64,000 nt of DNA from Parasitella parasitica NRRL 2501 (taxonomy: Eukaryota; Fungi; Mucoromycota), in the NCBI GenBank assembly GCA_025201805.1, contig MU619325.1, positions 62,001 to 126,000 on the forward strand, in the 5' to 3' direction. A program made the position numbers and the translations under genes. This document shows positions 27,154-41,279 of the stretch, in pieces; the stretch's first letter is position 1, and the number at the start of each line of letters is the position of its first letter. Under the pieces are notes generated by a model, which did no database searches, was not told where the DNA came from, and saw only the letters and a list, made by a program, of their open reading frames with translations.

Positions 27154-27350
27154 AGCTCATGTTGCTTTATCGTTGGCATCAAAATCCGAGTGGCAGGGAA
27201 GCAGTATCCTCAGTCACTTCTTTTTTTTTTTTTTCAAATGTGATGTTTCATACTAGAGTGTACATCTTTTTATATTGAATTGACAACTAAACAGAGCAAA
27301 GCATTGTTTTCTAAAAAAGAGAGAAAACTGCTTATATACTATAACACAAA

Positions 27351-29383
27351 ATGGACAGTAAATCAGCTCCTGGATCACCCACAATGCATGATGCAGAGAC
27401 TATTCCATCCACCTCGCAAACTCAATTTGAAGCCTATGCACCTGTAGAACAGCCTAGTCTCTGGAAAGTTTTCAAATCCCAGGTAGCCACCAAAGAGGGC
27501 TGGTGGGGTGATTTTGACTGGAAAATCATGTGTCTTCCCTCACTGTTTGTCAAGGAAAAGAGGAGCACCCCATTCTGGGGCTTGAATAGTCGCTTGCCTC
27601 TGGGTTTGGCGTTGGTAATGGGATTTCAGCATTCGCTTGCTATGGTAACGTTGTTCAGAAATACAAGCCTCTCGGGTGGTATTTTTTTTTTTTGCTCATA
27701 TAATTGATATTTGACAGGTCAGTGGTGTTGTTACACCAATTCTAATCATGACTGGCTCAGGTGCAACATCTTTGAACCTGGAAATGGCAGATCAACAGTA
27801 TCTCCTGTCTGCTGCTTTAATATGTTCCGCTATTCTGTCTTTGATACAAATTACCCGCTTCAGGATCTGGAGAACAGGTCAGATTTTGCAATAGCCTTTC
27901 AAATTTCAGTCTCTAATGCTATTATTTAGGCTATTATCTTGGTACAGGTTTACTGAGTGTGGTCGGCCCCAATTTCGCTAGTATTCCAGCAGCGAGTGCC
28001 GTCATTAAAAACATGTACTCTAGTGGTTATTGCCCTACAAATGTCCTCGACGATGGAACGGTGCAGAATCTTCCTTGTCCTCAAGCTTGGGGCGCTATTT
28101 TGGGAACATGTAAGTATACCTGCTTAGGTTGTGCATTGCATATTTATTGATACGGGTACGTTTATTTAGCGATGGTCTGTTCGTTTTTTGAGATAGGCAT
28201 GAGCTTTTTGCCCCCCAAAACTATCCGTCGTCTCTTTCCTCCCATTGTGTCAGGTACAACGATCTTGTTGATTGGCTGTTCCGTTATCAGCACGGCACTA
28301 CAGGATTGGGCTGGTGGGTCGGGTGCCTGTTCTGCAAGACCTGCTACCGGTCTCTATTCTCTATGTCCATCTACGGAAGCTCCTCATGCCCTTCCATGGG
28401 GCAGCCCAGAATTTCTGGGCCTCGGCTTCCTGGTATTTGCGACCATTGTCCTCATTGAAAACTTGGGTTCTCCGTTCATGAAGAGCTCTCAAATCGTTAT
28501 TGGTTTGATTGTGGGTTTGATTGTTGCAGCTGCCTGCGGATATGTTGATCACAGTACTATTGACACAGCACCGCCCATCACCTTTTTGTGGGTCAAGACA
28601 TTTAAGATCACAGTGTACGGGCCTGCAGTGATACCGTTCTTGATTGTGTATCTGGACAACATGTTGGAGAGTATTGGCGATATTACTGCGTCTTGTGATG
28701 TATCCGGCGTCGAAGTCGAGGGTGAGCCTTTTCAACGTCGCATCCAAGGCGGTTTGCTTGCGGATGGCGTTAACTCCTTCCTGGCTGCCTGTATGACCAT
28801 CAGTCCTCTTGTTACGTTTGCACAAAATAACGGCGTTGTGGCCATGACTCGCTGTGCTAATCGTATTGCTGGCTATTGCTGCTGCTTCTTTATTTTCATC
28901 TACGGCGTCTTTGGAAAGATTTCTTCTGTGTTTTTAGCCATTCCTTCTCCTGTTTTAGGTGGCATGAACGCATTTTTGTTTGCATCTGTCACTGTATCTG
29001 GCATCCGTATTCTGGCTTACCTCGATTGGACCAGACGTGATCGTTTCATTGTCACTTGCTCGTTGGCCCTTGGGCTGGGCGTTACATTGGTCCCCTCTTG
29101 GTTTACACACGTCTTTAGTTATTCTGGCGATAACGAAGCTCTGCAAGGTTTCTTGAGTGCAATTGAAACTATTGTGGATACTGGCTATTGCATTGGATCA
29201 TTAATGGCCATCTTTTTGAATTTGGTTGTCCCTGCCGAATGGGGGCCCGAGACAATGAAGGAATTAGAAGAAAAGGAGAGACAGGAGAGAGACGAAATTC
29301 GTGATGGATTCATCCATAACTCTGTCACTGAGGAGCACCCGCTCGAAGAATTAGCTGCTACTAGTAGAACTGTTGTGCCATAA
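27351..29383 (+). CDS. NCS2/NAT-family purine (xanthine/uric acid) permease, UapA/UapC-like
   Basis: GFQHSLAM (TM1 QH motif), FPPIVSG, ESIGDITAS, GGLLADGVNS, NAT signature FAQNNGVVAMTRCANR, IPSPVLGG. Confidence 0.93.
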
Positions 29384-29512
29384 TGGGATTTTTTTTATTT
29401 CAGTATGCTGTTTTGTATTTTTTAAAAATAATATAAAAAAGTTTCTTTTCATATTGTTTTCCCTTTTTCAATGTAAAATATACACGTATTGATCCTCGAT
29501 TAGGTTATTTTA

Positions 29513-30956
29513 CTACGCGAGACCTTCTTTACCCATCCTTGCTGTTCGTAATTGCTTGGTTCTTAGCTTTTTGCTTTCCTCGTTAAAGTATTTTCTGTCT
29601 TCATTACTTAGAGCAGTTCGGTTAAAGCCCACTTCGTCGCCAGATTCATCAGAATCATCTTCCTGTTGTTGGCGTCCAATTGAATAACGGAAAATGCCCT
29701 TGATCAAATCGTTTGTTTTCAAATGGTGTTGAAATCCTTGTCCTAGGACATGTCGGAATGCGTTTAAAGGTAAAACCTTTGCCCAGCCTCGGAACGTAAG
29801 AGTCTTTCCGCCAATTTTAAGCTCTTCAGTCGGTTTCACGTTCTCTTCAACACTTTTGACAACATCGCGGAATACTGATTTCTGCTCTGTTCTATCGCTT
29901 TTTGCTCGATGACGGCTGCTATCGATTGACAGTCCTTTCAGAGTGTGGATCAAACCATCCATATTGTCATACTCTGGCTTAACGGTATCGCCGTCGTCTT
30001 CTTCGTCAGAATCTGATTTCAAGAAAATGTTTGCAGTTTCAAACATCAGACCAACATTTTCACCAGCAGAGATTCGCACGTCTTTATCTGAGGATTCCAG
30101 CAAGATTTCATGCATGGGCATGACCCTAGACAGCCACCATGTTAAACCACTATGCCCACCATCCTACTAACAGTACAACTTACTTTTCCAGTTCTTCCCA
30201 TAACACATCGAAATCGACAACGCCAGCAGTGAAAGAGGCAGCGAATAGCATACCGTAAGCTCGAATAGCCTCGCTAAATAAATTGTCCAAATCGGCTCTT
30301 GATAAATCCTCGACATTATAATCAGCACCATCTGTTTCAATAAAGTCAAACAGCTCATTTCGCACCAACTGCTTGTCAATATCAGACGCTGCAGTGTAAG
30401 TAATTAATGAGAGAGTTTGGAGGCACTATAGGACATGACTCAGTATATTTTCAACAATGAAACCCTGTGTTGATATTGGTACATACGCTAATCTTGATTT
30501 CGACTTGTTCACTATCCTTGATTCTCGATCTCAATGAAGATAATATTCTGCGGTATAAGTCGTCACCTTCGCTTTCTGAAACGTTATCCATGTTGATAAA
30601 TGTCAATGCAATAGCTTTGGATGCGAGGCATGCTTCGTTTGTGCTTGAATTCTTCAATAGTGATCTCTTTAGTAAGCCTAGGATATCTTCTAAACGGTCT
30701 TCAATTTGAGACGATGCATGATGACTCGACAAGATGCGTACAAGCGTTTCGAGAGATTCTTCTCGGTTGCTAATGGGAGGCGTTAGCTCTCGGAAGGGGC
30801 GGGACACAGTTTGTAAAGAGTATACTACCTTGTTTTGTTTTCAAGATCTTCGATGGTTTGACTTAATTCGTCGGTCCAGTGAACAACTTTGAGAGACTCC
30901 TTTTCAAGCTTAGAGCTAATCTTTGGGACCTTTTTGGGTAAGAAATTTCCATACAT
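29513..30956 (-). CDS. IFRD (interferon-related developmental regulator) family protein, multi-exon
   Basis: ILLESSDKDVRISAGENVGLMFE, LSIDSSRHRAKSDRTEQKSVFRDVVKSVE, NAFRHVLGQGFQHHLKTN and a basic C-terminus. ATG 30956 inferred by splicing. Confidence 0.85.
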
Positions 30957-31477
30957 TTTTGTAGTGTGTTAATTGTAAAGTGAAGAAAAAGTCGAGGCAA
31001 CGCAGTCTCTGTAGCGATATTTATACTATTTGCATTGTCGAACAATGACGTCGTGCAAGTAAATGCTCGCTTGGTTTTTGCATTTATTGAAACCTGTTTT
31101 TTTGAAACAAAATGTTCTTCAGTCGGCTTTAATGTGCCATTCAAATAGGCTAGATTATATCTAGGAAGTGTCTATTTAGCATAAACTTGCATTAGACAAG
31201 TTTGTTTCTTTATGTTTTCTAGTAATTTTTTTCAAAGATCAGTGAGAGGGATAGATTACTGCGGTAGTCGATGCAAACTGCGGTTGTGCAACTGCAGCTT
31301 TCTACCAAATCTTTTTTCTTTACAGAAAATATAAAAAAAGAGCATGTCTTGTGAATTGGTTATGGCGAATTGACATATAGCGTATCCTGTAAATGTATAT
31401 TTTTTCTGTTTGTTAAATATGTTTTATTATGATTTTGGGAAATGATACACGGGAAGAAGGATATACAATTTTTCTAT

Positions 31478-33186
31478 CTATTTAGAAAGTTTGGTGATTT
31501 TGGCATCACAGCCACCTTTGGGGATAGCAAGACCAATTTGGCTGTTGGTAGCATCATAGATATGATAAAAGTTGTTGAGGAAGGCACCACCCAATGTCCA
31601 ATTGGTGTCTTCACCCTTGTTACGGCCAATGAGAGTGTGGCATTGCTTTTCGCCATCTCTTTTGACATAGAGCTTTGGAGGCAGAGATACTCGGTAGCCA
31701 TTAAAGTCAATTTTTAAGGTAGGCAAGTCATCGACATTTTCGCAACATTCAAATCTGTAAACGCCATCATCTTCATCATACGTAGCGTCAATAGCAGCAT
31801 GCAAGAGGTCAGCTTGATCTGTAGGGGCCAGAATAAAGTTGGAGCCGGTGTTCATGGATGCTAATGTCTTGGGGGCCAATTTGATATCGGCTTTGTCGCC
31901 GAATTTAACGCACTTGATTTCCGTCTTCCAGAAGGGGGAGTCGCCGAAATCACAGGTAGGTAATTTAAAGTAAGCAATGTCACCTTTGTACACATCGTGA
32001 TCAATGCCGCCGAAAATGAATTCAGCGTCTGATTGATCGTTACTTCTTTTTTGGTAGAATTGACTAGAGGGGCTAGAGGCGACCATGCCGAATTGTTGAG
32101 ATGATTGCCCATAGGCGCTTTGGAAGCCATTTTGTGCGTATCCGCCAGAGCTTACAACTATTATACAAAAGCAAAGAATTTAATATACGCATGAGGGCAT
32201 TTTAATATGGGAAAAGAAGAGTCTAGATTTTCTAAACCTTACCTTGTCTCTCTAAAAAAAAAAAGAAAAGAGGGCTTAGCAAACGTTTTCATTTTTTGAT
32301 ACCATTACTTACTTTGGCTTGATGAGGCTGAGTTGGATGTCAAATAATCAGTAGAGCCATCAGCGTTAAAACCACCTAAACCAAGGGAGCCGACTATACG
32401 AAATGATATCATACTTTAGTCATGATATATGTTTTGTATCCATGTCTATATATACATACGATAAGAATCACCGCCTAGACCTTTGACGCTATAAGCGCTG
32501 CCAAACAATTGGTTTGACACAGCAAGGCCTGCAACGGAAATTGTATCCTATACGCACAGATTTCGTTTAATCATTAACTATATTAATTAATTATAGGGCT
32601 CTCTCCTTACTCTATAGAGACGTGCATCAATGCAAACGCCTTCATCGTATTTGATAGATTGTTTCTTGTGAAGGTCAACAGCGGTTGATGAAGAATTAGC
32701 ATTGTAAAGGTTGGATTGTTGACGACATTCAGGAGTATGGCACTAGATTACAAATATGGCAATTAATACAAATACGTCAAAAAAATGGCTTGCATAATGG
32801 CTACCTCAGCAGCTGGAACCCAAGTCAGCGAGTTGCCAGTGTCAAAGACTACCGAGAAAGTTTGCGGTGGCGTGCCTAATAGTTCAGGGTATTTTTAGCA
32901 TTTTCTCGGAATTGTATCCGCTTTCGACATGTTTGTTGCCTTACCAACTTTTATCTTTGCAACAAGCTATAAAAGCAATAGGGAACAAAATGAATAAATT
33001 TTTATTTGTTAAGGGGTCGAAATGCATATAATTCAAAAAGAAAAAGAAAAAAAGACAACATACCAAGCCGTCTTCAATTGTCATGGGTTCTCTCTTTAAA
33101 GAACATCTCTTTTCCAATTTGGCGCCTGAACTGGACGATATGAATAAAATAGCTGTTGAGAGAATTACAGTCGAGGAAAAGCGCAT
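31478..33186 (-). CDS. Secreted pepsin-fold (A1) aspartic peptidase homolog, probably catalytically inactive; multi-exon
   Basis: Signal peptide MRFSSTVILSTAILFISSSSG. First lobe GTPPQTFSVVFDTGNSLTWV; EFIFGGID; second lobe ASMNTGSNFI; WTLGGAFLNNFYHIYDATNSQIGLA. Confidence 0.88.
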
Positions 33187-33838
33187 TTGTGAATAAATAT
33201 ATATATATAAAGGAAAAAGAAAAAAAAAAAAAGAATTATATATAATGGTATGTAAAGAAGAAACAACAGAAAACAAAGACTCATTTGAAAGGAATTAGTT
33301 TATATATTAGATTTAAGGGGATCCTTTTTGCTACTCTTGACTGTGTAACTATTTTCCATAGTTTATAAATATAAATTGGGTTTATCTTGTGATGAAAATG
33401 GCCATGTCCTGCGGCCTGAGGTTTTGCAATACGATAATAGACGCTCGATTCTTACTTGATTTAGGGTTATAACGGGAAAGCAAGCCAAAAATAGATCGAC
33501 ATTTAGCACGATATATGCTCAAAAGCATTAAATGCTTTGCTCTAGCTACTCAATTTTCGTGTGGAAATGTTGTCAACCATTTCTTCAAGTGCAACATATG
33601 GCTGGTTTATAGGCATGATAATATTTTTTTCTTTTACAAAATGGCTTCAGCCCAGCTTGATTTTATATTTATATATATAAAACTGTAGATCTTGTATCTC
33701 AATGATGACACATGAATGTACCTTGGTCTTACATAGGGTTCATATTGGGGTTGAAAGGCCAAGCCTTGGTTACAGAATTTTTTTAAACCTTGCTCATCGT
33801 TTCCTACGTAGAGTATTTTTTTTTTTTTTTTTTTTTTT

Positions 33839-33848
33839 NNNNNNNNNN
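33839..33848. other. Assembly gap (10 N) after a poly-T run
   Basis: Literal N bases. Confidence 1.
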
Positions 33849-35971
33849 TGGGTTAAGCATTTTTCAATTCAAAGCAACGCTCATATAATAGATTTTTAGA
33901 TTTAATAGCGATGGATTATAGGCGCAAATAAGATAGACTTGTCTGGATGCTTGAAAATGTTCTAGATACTCAATTTGGAACCGAACAACAGGTTGCCTCG
34001 CATTCTATATATAGCTGCTCTCCAGTTATGGTGAAGTATGGACAAAAGCGCATAAATTATATCTCGTTTTGCAATATATAGAAGCGGAATTTTGTTCAAA
34101 ACTCTTCAAGCACCGGATTTATCTCAATCAATTGCATTTCAACTTCTTACTTTTGGCCGTATAATAGTAAACGATAGCTCTCAGAGTGCTGTCAAGGATA
34201 TTTTTGAGCAGATGTTCGTCCTGTGTCCTCGCAAAAGCTATCATTACTGACTATCATTTGTAAAAGTCGGAGTTGAAAATAAAACAGTGCCACAGACTCC
34301 ATGTGGATCAAATTGGCCATCAAATTTGTTCATCAAGAAGTGTTTTTTGACGAAATAGGTACCGTAATGTCGTTTGTTTCAGAAACCTCTTTAAGATCAC
34401 GCAAAGTAGTCTTAATAAAACATCTGATGCACTTGGTTACATAAATTTTGAATATAATTTCAGTGAGTAATTTGAAAAATACGTGAAATTTGTTTTTGGC
34501 TATTTAATCAGCATTTCACAAATGAAATGCACCCAAAAAGTCCTTTGCAATGTCAGGTGAACTCATACCAACAAATAGTATTACAGTGTGCTATAGTAAA
34601 AAGTTTTGATTTGATGCCCAAAAATGCCTTCGACTGATTTTGGCCATTTTGGCCTTACCATTGTAAGGCAGAATTTGATGGAAAACGTTGATTTTGCATC
34701 AAAAAAAAAAGTTTCTCAAAATAGCCAGAAATAGAACAGTAGGTATATGTCGTGTGCAAAGTATAATTTTGCTTGGTTTTGAGGACTCTAACTAGGAAAA
34801 CCCGGTGATAAAAGGTCATTTATTGCAATTTTTTTCTTTTTTGGCTGTAAATTGATGCATAAAACGACACTAATGTCTAAAGGAAGCATATCTTAACTGA
34901 TCTGATCAATTCTTTTGTGTCAAAAATCTGAAAGCGTATGTGTATACCTTATTGCCTCAATAGTTTTTTTGGGTATCGAAAGCATGCCAAAAATAAAAAC
35001 AAATCCAAGTTCCAGTATGTAATCTTATTCAAAGGTTGCTGATAGAGATTAAAACCATTGAGCATTGAAATGTCAGAAAGTTAAAACCATATACATACCA
35101 AGCCTTTTTAATAGCATCTCGTTCTTCGTTTGGATATGCATTAACTACACATTTATTAGATATTCTCACTATATCAAAGCGTGTATTCTTCCAAGCTTCA
35201 TTCTATATATATACATTTATTTCCATAATCTTTAGACAAGTCTCAGCCACCTTACATCATGTTGTCCTTTTTTAATGTCAAAATAGTCTATTTTTATTGC
35301 ATATCAGTATTACCAAACTATGTAGTATGCTATGGCGCTATGGATCGTGTATCATATTATTATATAGCTTATCATTGTTTCCACGGAAGCATACAAAAGA
35401 AACAAAGATCAAATGATGAAACAGATTCACAGTCTATTAATAATTGTGCTGGTCATACAAAACTTTGATGAACCACTCTGTTTATAACGCATATTATTAT
35501 TAGAACTAATCTGTAAATTTGGAAACGTTATTATATACAATATTGTTATTTAATATGATAAACGCATGTATAAAACAGCAAACTATATGGGAAATGGAAG
35601 AGGGATCTATCAAATTCCAGGATTTAAACCTATATACACAGGGTTTTGTGTTGTACAAGAGCCAAAAAAAATTCAATGCAGCTTCCCGTAAACTCAAAAA
35701 ATGATCGACTCGATCAGGAGTGGGAAATGGAGACATAGCATACATTTAAAAGATACACCCCAGCGCAAAATTTTGAAGGTCGATATCATCATAGAAACCA
35801 TATACTATACATTCTATATGATAGCGTGCAAGAGTAATATATGCTCATTACATTGGATATATAATTGTCGAGAATTTTTTATTTTAATAAAACAACGAAT
35901 AATATAAACATTAATTGAGATAGTAATTGTAATTATTAGATGAGGCTCTTGTGAGCAATAAACAAAGTAGT

Positions 35972-36689
35972 TTAAATCAAGAAATAAGCAGTTACACCAG
36001 CCATAACCATTAAGCCTTGACCAATGTAGTGATGATTCGATGTAGAAGATGATGATGCAGTAGTGGAGGAGGATGAGGAAGGCAGAGCTACAGATGCTGA
36101 GTTGCTAGGGATAGTGGTTGAAGCAGCAACTGAAGGGGCAACTGAACTACTGCTGGTGGTTCTGTTTAAAACAAGAAGTCAACATTTTAATAAAAGATCA
36201 GACATGTATAGTATATACAAGTACTTACGTATTGTATGTCTGTGCAATGGAGCAAAAGGTGTCTTTTGATCCCTTGGCAAATGGCATTCCAGGATCGTTG
36301 GGGCAGTTATCATAACACGATAGCTTAGCTGTATGCCACTATAAGAAAAAATCAGCTACTTGTTCAAATTCATTATTTGGGGAGATATATCATACCTTAC
36401 AGAGACATGAATAGTCTACAAAAGTGTATATAATCGAAATATCAATATTACAGGGAACTGAACAAACTTATAATGTATGTATACCTCGATCGAGACAAGT
36501 TTTCAAGTAAGTGTCCTCATTAGACAAACATGTAGTCAAACTATATAGAATATATCAACTTGGTGCTATGGATTTACTATAGTGCACAAATAAAACTTAC
36601 ACTTGTTGGGCTGCGCAAGCTGCAACTTGGGCCGAGACCAATTGAGAAAATGCAATCGATGAGATCAGAGCAACAAATGTAAACTTCAT
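35972..36689 (-). CDS. Small GPI-anchored Ser/Thr-rich cell-surface protein with an 8-Cys domain, 5 exons; not properly in the ORF track
   Basis: Spliced: MKFTFVALISSIAFSQLVSA-QVAACAAQQV|LTTCLSNEDTYLKTCLDR|DYSCLCK|WHTAKLSCYDNCPNDPGMPFAKGSKDTFCSIAQTYNT| S/T-rich stalk ..NHHYIGQGLMVMAGVTAYFLI*. Includes a 20-nt micro-exon at 36396-36415. Confidence 0.85.
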
Positions 36690-37626
36690 TAAAAACCGAA
36701 AAAATAATTAGAAACAAAAAAACGAAAATAAAGACAAAAGAGAGATTCCACCTCTGTTTATAATGAGTTTTTTTTTTTCTCTCTATTTGCATAAAGAATA
36801 CGGGGAGGAGGGGAGGGGAGACGGAGGGAGGAGTTAAGGAGTTAAAGTGCACAAGAAGTGTAATATATAATCAGGGGCAAAAAATCGACATTTGTATGTA
36901 TTATATACAATACGAAACAGGGAGCAAGATTCAAGAGAGGGGAAATTTGGGGTTTTCAATAGTTTTATTCAATATACGCAATGTAAAGCATAGAAACGCT
37001 CTATGAAACCATGATGATGGCAAATGGGATGGGATGGATTTGATAAGCCTCGACTTTTCAACTTTTAATCATCTACCTCGATTACTTTGAATTACAGATT
37101 TAAAGCAGTGTCTTCAAGAAAGGAGAGACCTACTATGTACGGTATACAAAGAATTAAATGAAGATTTAAACAAAGTCAACTGCCGAAAGATTGCAAAATT
37201 TTAGTACGTTGAAAGGTCATTTCGCTAGACGTTATACTATACTCGATATACTCGAAAAAACGCTTTCGCTATATACTGGCAAAACAAGTTGTAAATTATA
37301 CGGAATAACATCAACGCTTGTTTTGCTGACCAACAGTATCAATCAAAATATTTTCTCAACTCTGCAATCAAGCTAAAATGATAACTTTTTTAGCAAATCG
37401 AACTCATATATCATTGCTCCGTCTTTTGGCTATAGATATAATGTTTTTGGCTTATTGTATTTATATTCTTACGGTGCCTTCAGTTCAAAGATGTTGTCTA
37501 AGGTTAGCTCACGTACTCACTGACCCAATTGCGCTTTTGGGGGAGGGGGATGTCTAATGGTGTATCTAGTTGTGATGATCTTAGGTCAAAAATCAAACGA
37601 AATGTTCAGTATATTTATGTCATTAA

Positions 37627-38900
37627 TTGCTTGCGTGGAATTTGTCTGATTCTCAACAAACTGATGATGACTTTGCCCAGGGAAACCAAAACAAGACGTT
37701 AGATACCTTAAATCCCAAATTAGCCATAATGGATTTATCTTTACAAAACACTAGCAATGATACCAACAATGGAGCCACAAGACTTTCCATGATCAAAGGT
37801 TTCGAGAACAGCTTTACATATCTCAAAAATCATGCTAGCATCAACAAGGAGAATTCCGATACGATTCTTGTACATGCTTTTGTTACATAGTTGACGAGAG
37901 AAAAAGGATATGCCTAAAAATACTTGGTTTAATCTCTCATGATTCAGCCTTCTTTATCTCTACCTTCTACTGGCAAATATAATGCAAGCTCGAATTCAAC
38001 TGTATTAACACATCTCAACGAGGATCATTCAAAAGAATTGAGCTTCCCTTCACATCTTATACGTATAATTAAACAAAGACGGCGTCAGCCTCTTCTTTGC
38101 TATGTATTGTGTTCAGAAAAATTCTACATAATGCAAGTAGCAGTACAGACCTTTTATGTTTCCACATGCTTAGATTTAGGTACATGAATAGGCGATTGAG
38201 CGTCAAAGCAGAACTTTTTTTCATCCATCTTTTCGTACAGATATTTACTTTCATTGACCAATAGAATTCTATGGCCAATAGTACTTATTCGGCTCTCCCA
38301 GCAGTAACAAGGCATCTACAAGCAAGAAAAAAAAAGTAGCAAAGGGCAAAACACACCCTGTAGATGAATTATTATAAAAGAACCAGCTACAGATTACGTT
38401 GATGATAATAACGAGAGCGGTGCTCAAGATAGTTCAGATTTGTGCCAAAAGGAACAACAGCTGCGCACTTTATCAAATCCATAAATGTTCTGTTTGATAT
38501 CATAGCAAGCCGATGTATCTGCCTCTGTATTCGTGTGAGTTGAACCCAATTGAACAGCTCTTGCTGTATTATCAAATGGTGATTCCAAAACATTATAACC
38601 CAAACTCAAGTCTTTTAAATAATTAAGGATAGGGCGATTACTCAAAAAATGAGCCATGGGTTAAACTTATAACTGATGGTGATCACTTGTTTTCTTAGCT
38701 TTTTTAACAGAGTTCTATAAATATATAATATTACCAGCCCTGACGACCCTGTAAATGTGATTGTGACACCTTGAAAGCATTGTTGGTAAACACACACACA
38801 TGATATTGTTGCGTTAAAGGAATTATTCGACATCTGAAGATACCTTGGTGGTGGATAATTTGCGTTGAATCAAACAGACATCAACCCATTTAAATTTACT
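37627..38900. pseudogene. Possible decayed coding sequence, unidentified
   Basis: Two same-frame + strand ORFs (37627, 37939) separated by stops, plus overlapping - strand fragments, one with an LRR-like LNYLKDLSLGYNVL. No intact model. Confidence 0.2.
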
Positions 38901-39349
38901 GATCTCCAAAGAATACAATACAAGAGTTTTAAAACGATCAGATGCCATGTGCTCGGCTGGTAAAAATCACACACACACACATAGACACACATGCACTGTA
39001 AATATAGCTTTTCTTACCAAAACAAAAAGTTGTGCTGACAACATATTTCTTTTATGTAATAGCAAAGGGTCTTTTCCTCTAAAAAAGAAAAAAGAGGAAA
39101 GGAAAGGGAAGCCCTGTTGTTGTGGTATCACAATGTTTTCCATGGGAAAAAAGCATTGCTGTTTCAACAAAAGGAGACTCTGTTCAATGTATCATCAACT
39201 TGTGTGCGCATTTGATGTCTGCCATATGAATTACTTACACCCATAGACGTAAAAATAGCCATTTGTATATATAAACATGGCATTTTTTTTTTTTTGATTT
39301 AGTTTGTCTATATTTTTTTTTCTCTGTCTCTTTCTCTACAGCCATTTTA

Positions 39350-41077
39350 ATGACTTTCAAAGACGGCATCTTCGCCACTCCCTTTACAAGCACTGATGAT
39401 GATATTGATCCAACTACAGAGCAAGCCAAAGAAGTCTTGAGTCAACCACCTGCCACAAAATGGGAGTTGTGGAGCTACTATCTATACTACAATGGTGATA
39501 ATGGTTATACCATGTTCAGTTACATGCCCAACATCCTTCAATATTTAGCATACAAAGGTGGGTTCTATCCCCATACGCCTTCAGTCAAAGGATGCGACAT
39601 TCACAACGTTGTCGATAATTGTTATGTACCTTGGTCTGGTACTAGTGGCATTCCAGTCTCTGCTATGATGCTTTATGTTCAAGCCATCTCATTTTCTATT
39701 CAATTCGTGCTATTTACAACTTTTGGTAGTCTGGCAGATTATGGCAAATGGAACAGATACATTCTATTCCTTGCAACTGTTGTTGGCTGTGCGACCCAAA
39801 TCGTGCCTATTGCTTTTTTGAACGATGATGGCTCTAGCTGGAATGCTATGATGGGGATTATGATTCTAGCTTTGATTTCTTACGGTACATCTCTTGTATT
39901 TTATGCTGCTGCTTTCCCTACATTGAGGTATGGCGTATGTACAATGTATATACGGTGTTGCGTGAACTGACTCATTCCTTCTTTCATTTGCGTACACAGT
40001 GACAACCTGCCGGTTGTACGTAATGCTCGCGCTGATACCAACTTATCAAAAGATCAAGCGGCTGATATTGCAGAGAGATGGAGAAACCATGTATCTGCTA
40101 TTTCTACTGTATTCTCCAACATTGGATTTTTGATCATGACTGGCCTCTTGTCTGGCATCTCTTTTATTCCCTGGAGCAATTACGAATTTTATGAAGATGA
40201 TTTACATGTGCTGGGCACTGTTCCCCTATTCAACTTTATTGCCACTGCAGTTTGCGGTGGCTTCTGGATGCTCAATGCTATACCATACTTTGTTGCGGTC
40301 CCATCAAAGAGACAAGGCCCTCCACTTCCACCAGACGCAAACCACTTTACCATTGGCTGGAAGTCAGTGTTCAATGCGTTCAAAGAAGCTCGCAAGTTGC
40401 GCTACTTATTCCTGTACATATTTGCGTATTTCATGTTTTCTGATGCCGTGTCTACTACCAACCAGATGATTGCGATTACTCAGGCTCAAATTACAGGGTT
40501 CAACGCACAGCAAATAACCATACTCAACTTGGCCTCTGCTGTAACGTCAATCCTTGGATGTCTCTTCTTTCTGTGGCTCACCAAGCGCTTTGGTATTCGC
40601 ACCAAGACCAATTTAATGATCATCATCTTGCTAACTGGCATCATTCCATTGTGGGGCTGCTTTGGCATTGGCCTTCAAAACTTTGGGATCCGCACAACTT
40701 GGGAGCTTTGGGTATTTTACGTATGGTCTGGTCTTTTCACTGCACCCATTTGGGCATGGCAAAACACCATGCTCGCCGAGCTTGTACCTAAAGGTAAAGA
40801 AAACTTGTTTTTTGGTCTTTTTGGTGTCATAAACAAAGCTTCATCTTGGATCGGTCCTGTTGTCATTGGTGCTATCACCCAATACACTGACAATCTCTGG
40901 AAAGGTTGGCCATTTGTACTTGCTTTGTTTGTATTGTCATTAGTTATCATTTGGTTCATTGATGTTGACAAAGCCAAAATTCATAACTCGGAGTATTTGT
41001 TTGGACAAAGTGCACATGAGGATCATCAAAATGGTAATGAGCATGTCCTGGTGCCTGATGAGAAGACTTCGCTTTAA
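39350..41077 (+). CDS. ATG22: Atg22-like MFS vacuolar amino-acid efflux transporter, 2 exons
   Basis: PPATKWELWSYYLYYNG, FTTFGSLADYG, LFLYIFAYFMFSDAVST, LAELVPKGKENLFFGLFGVINKASSWIGP. About 12 TM segments. Confidence 0.88.
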
Positions 41078-41279
41078 TGTAATTCATTTATAGTAATAAA
41101 CTGTAGTATTATATACCAATTAGACAGCCTTAAGCAAATCTTAAAAGGAAAGACAAACGTCTGTATAATAGAGTTGAAGGGGATAAAGTATACTTGTCTC
41201 ATTTATTTTATATTTTGCTATGATGAGTCATTTTGAGCTATAGAATGGAAATTTACATGTACTGGACAAGGGAGGGGGG

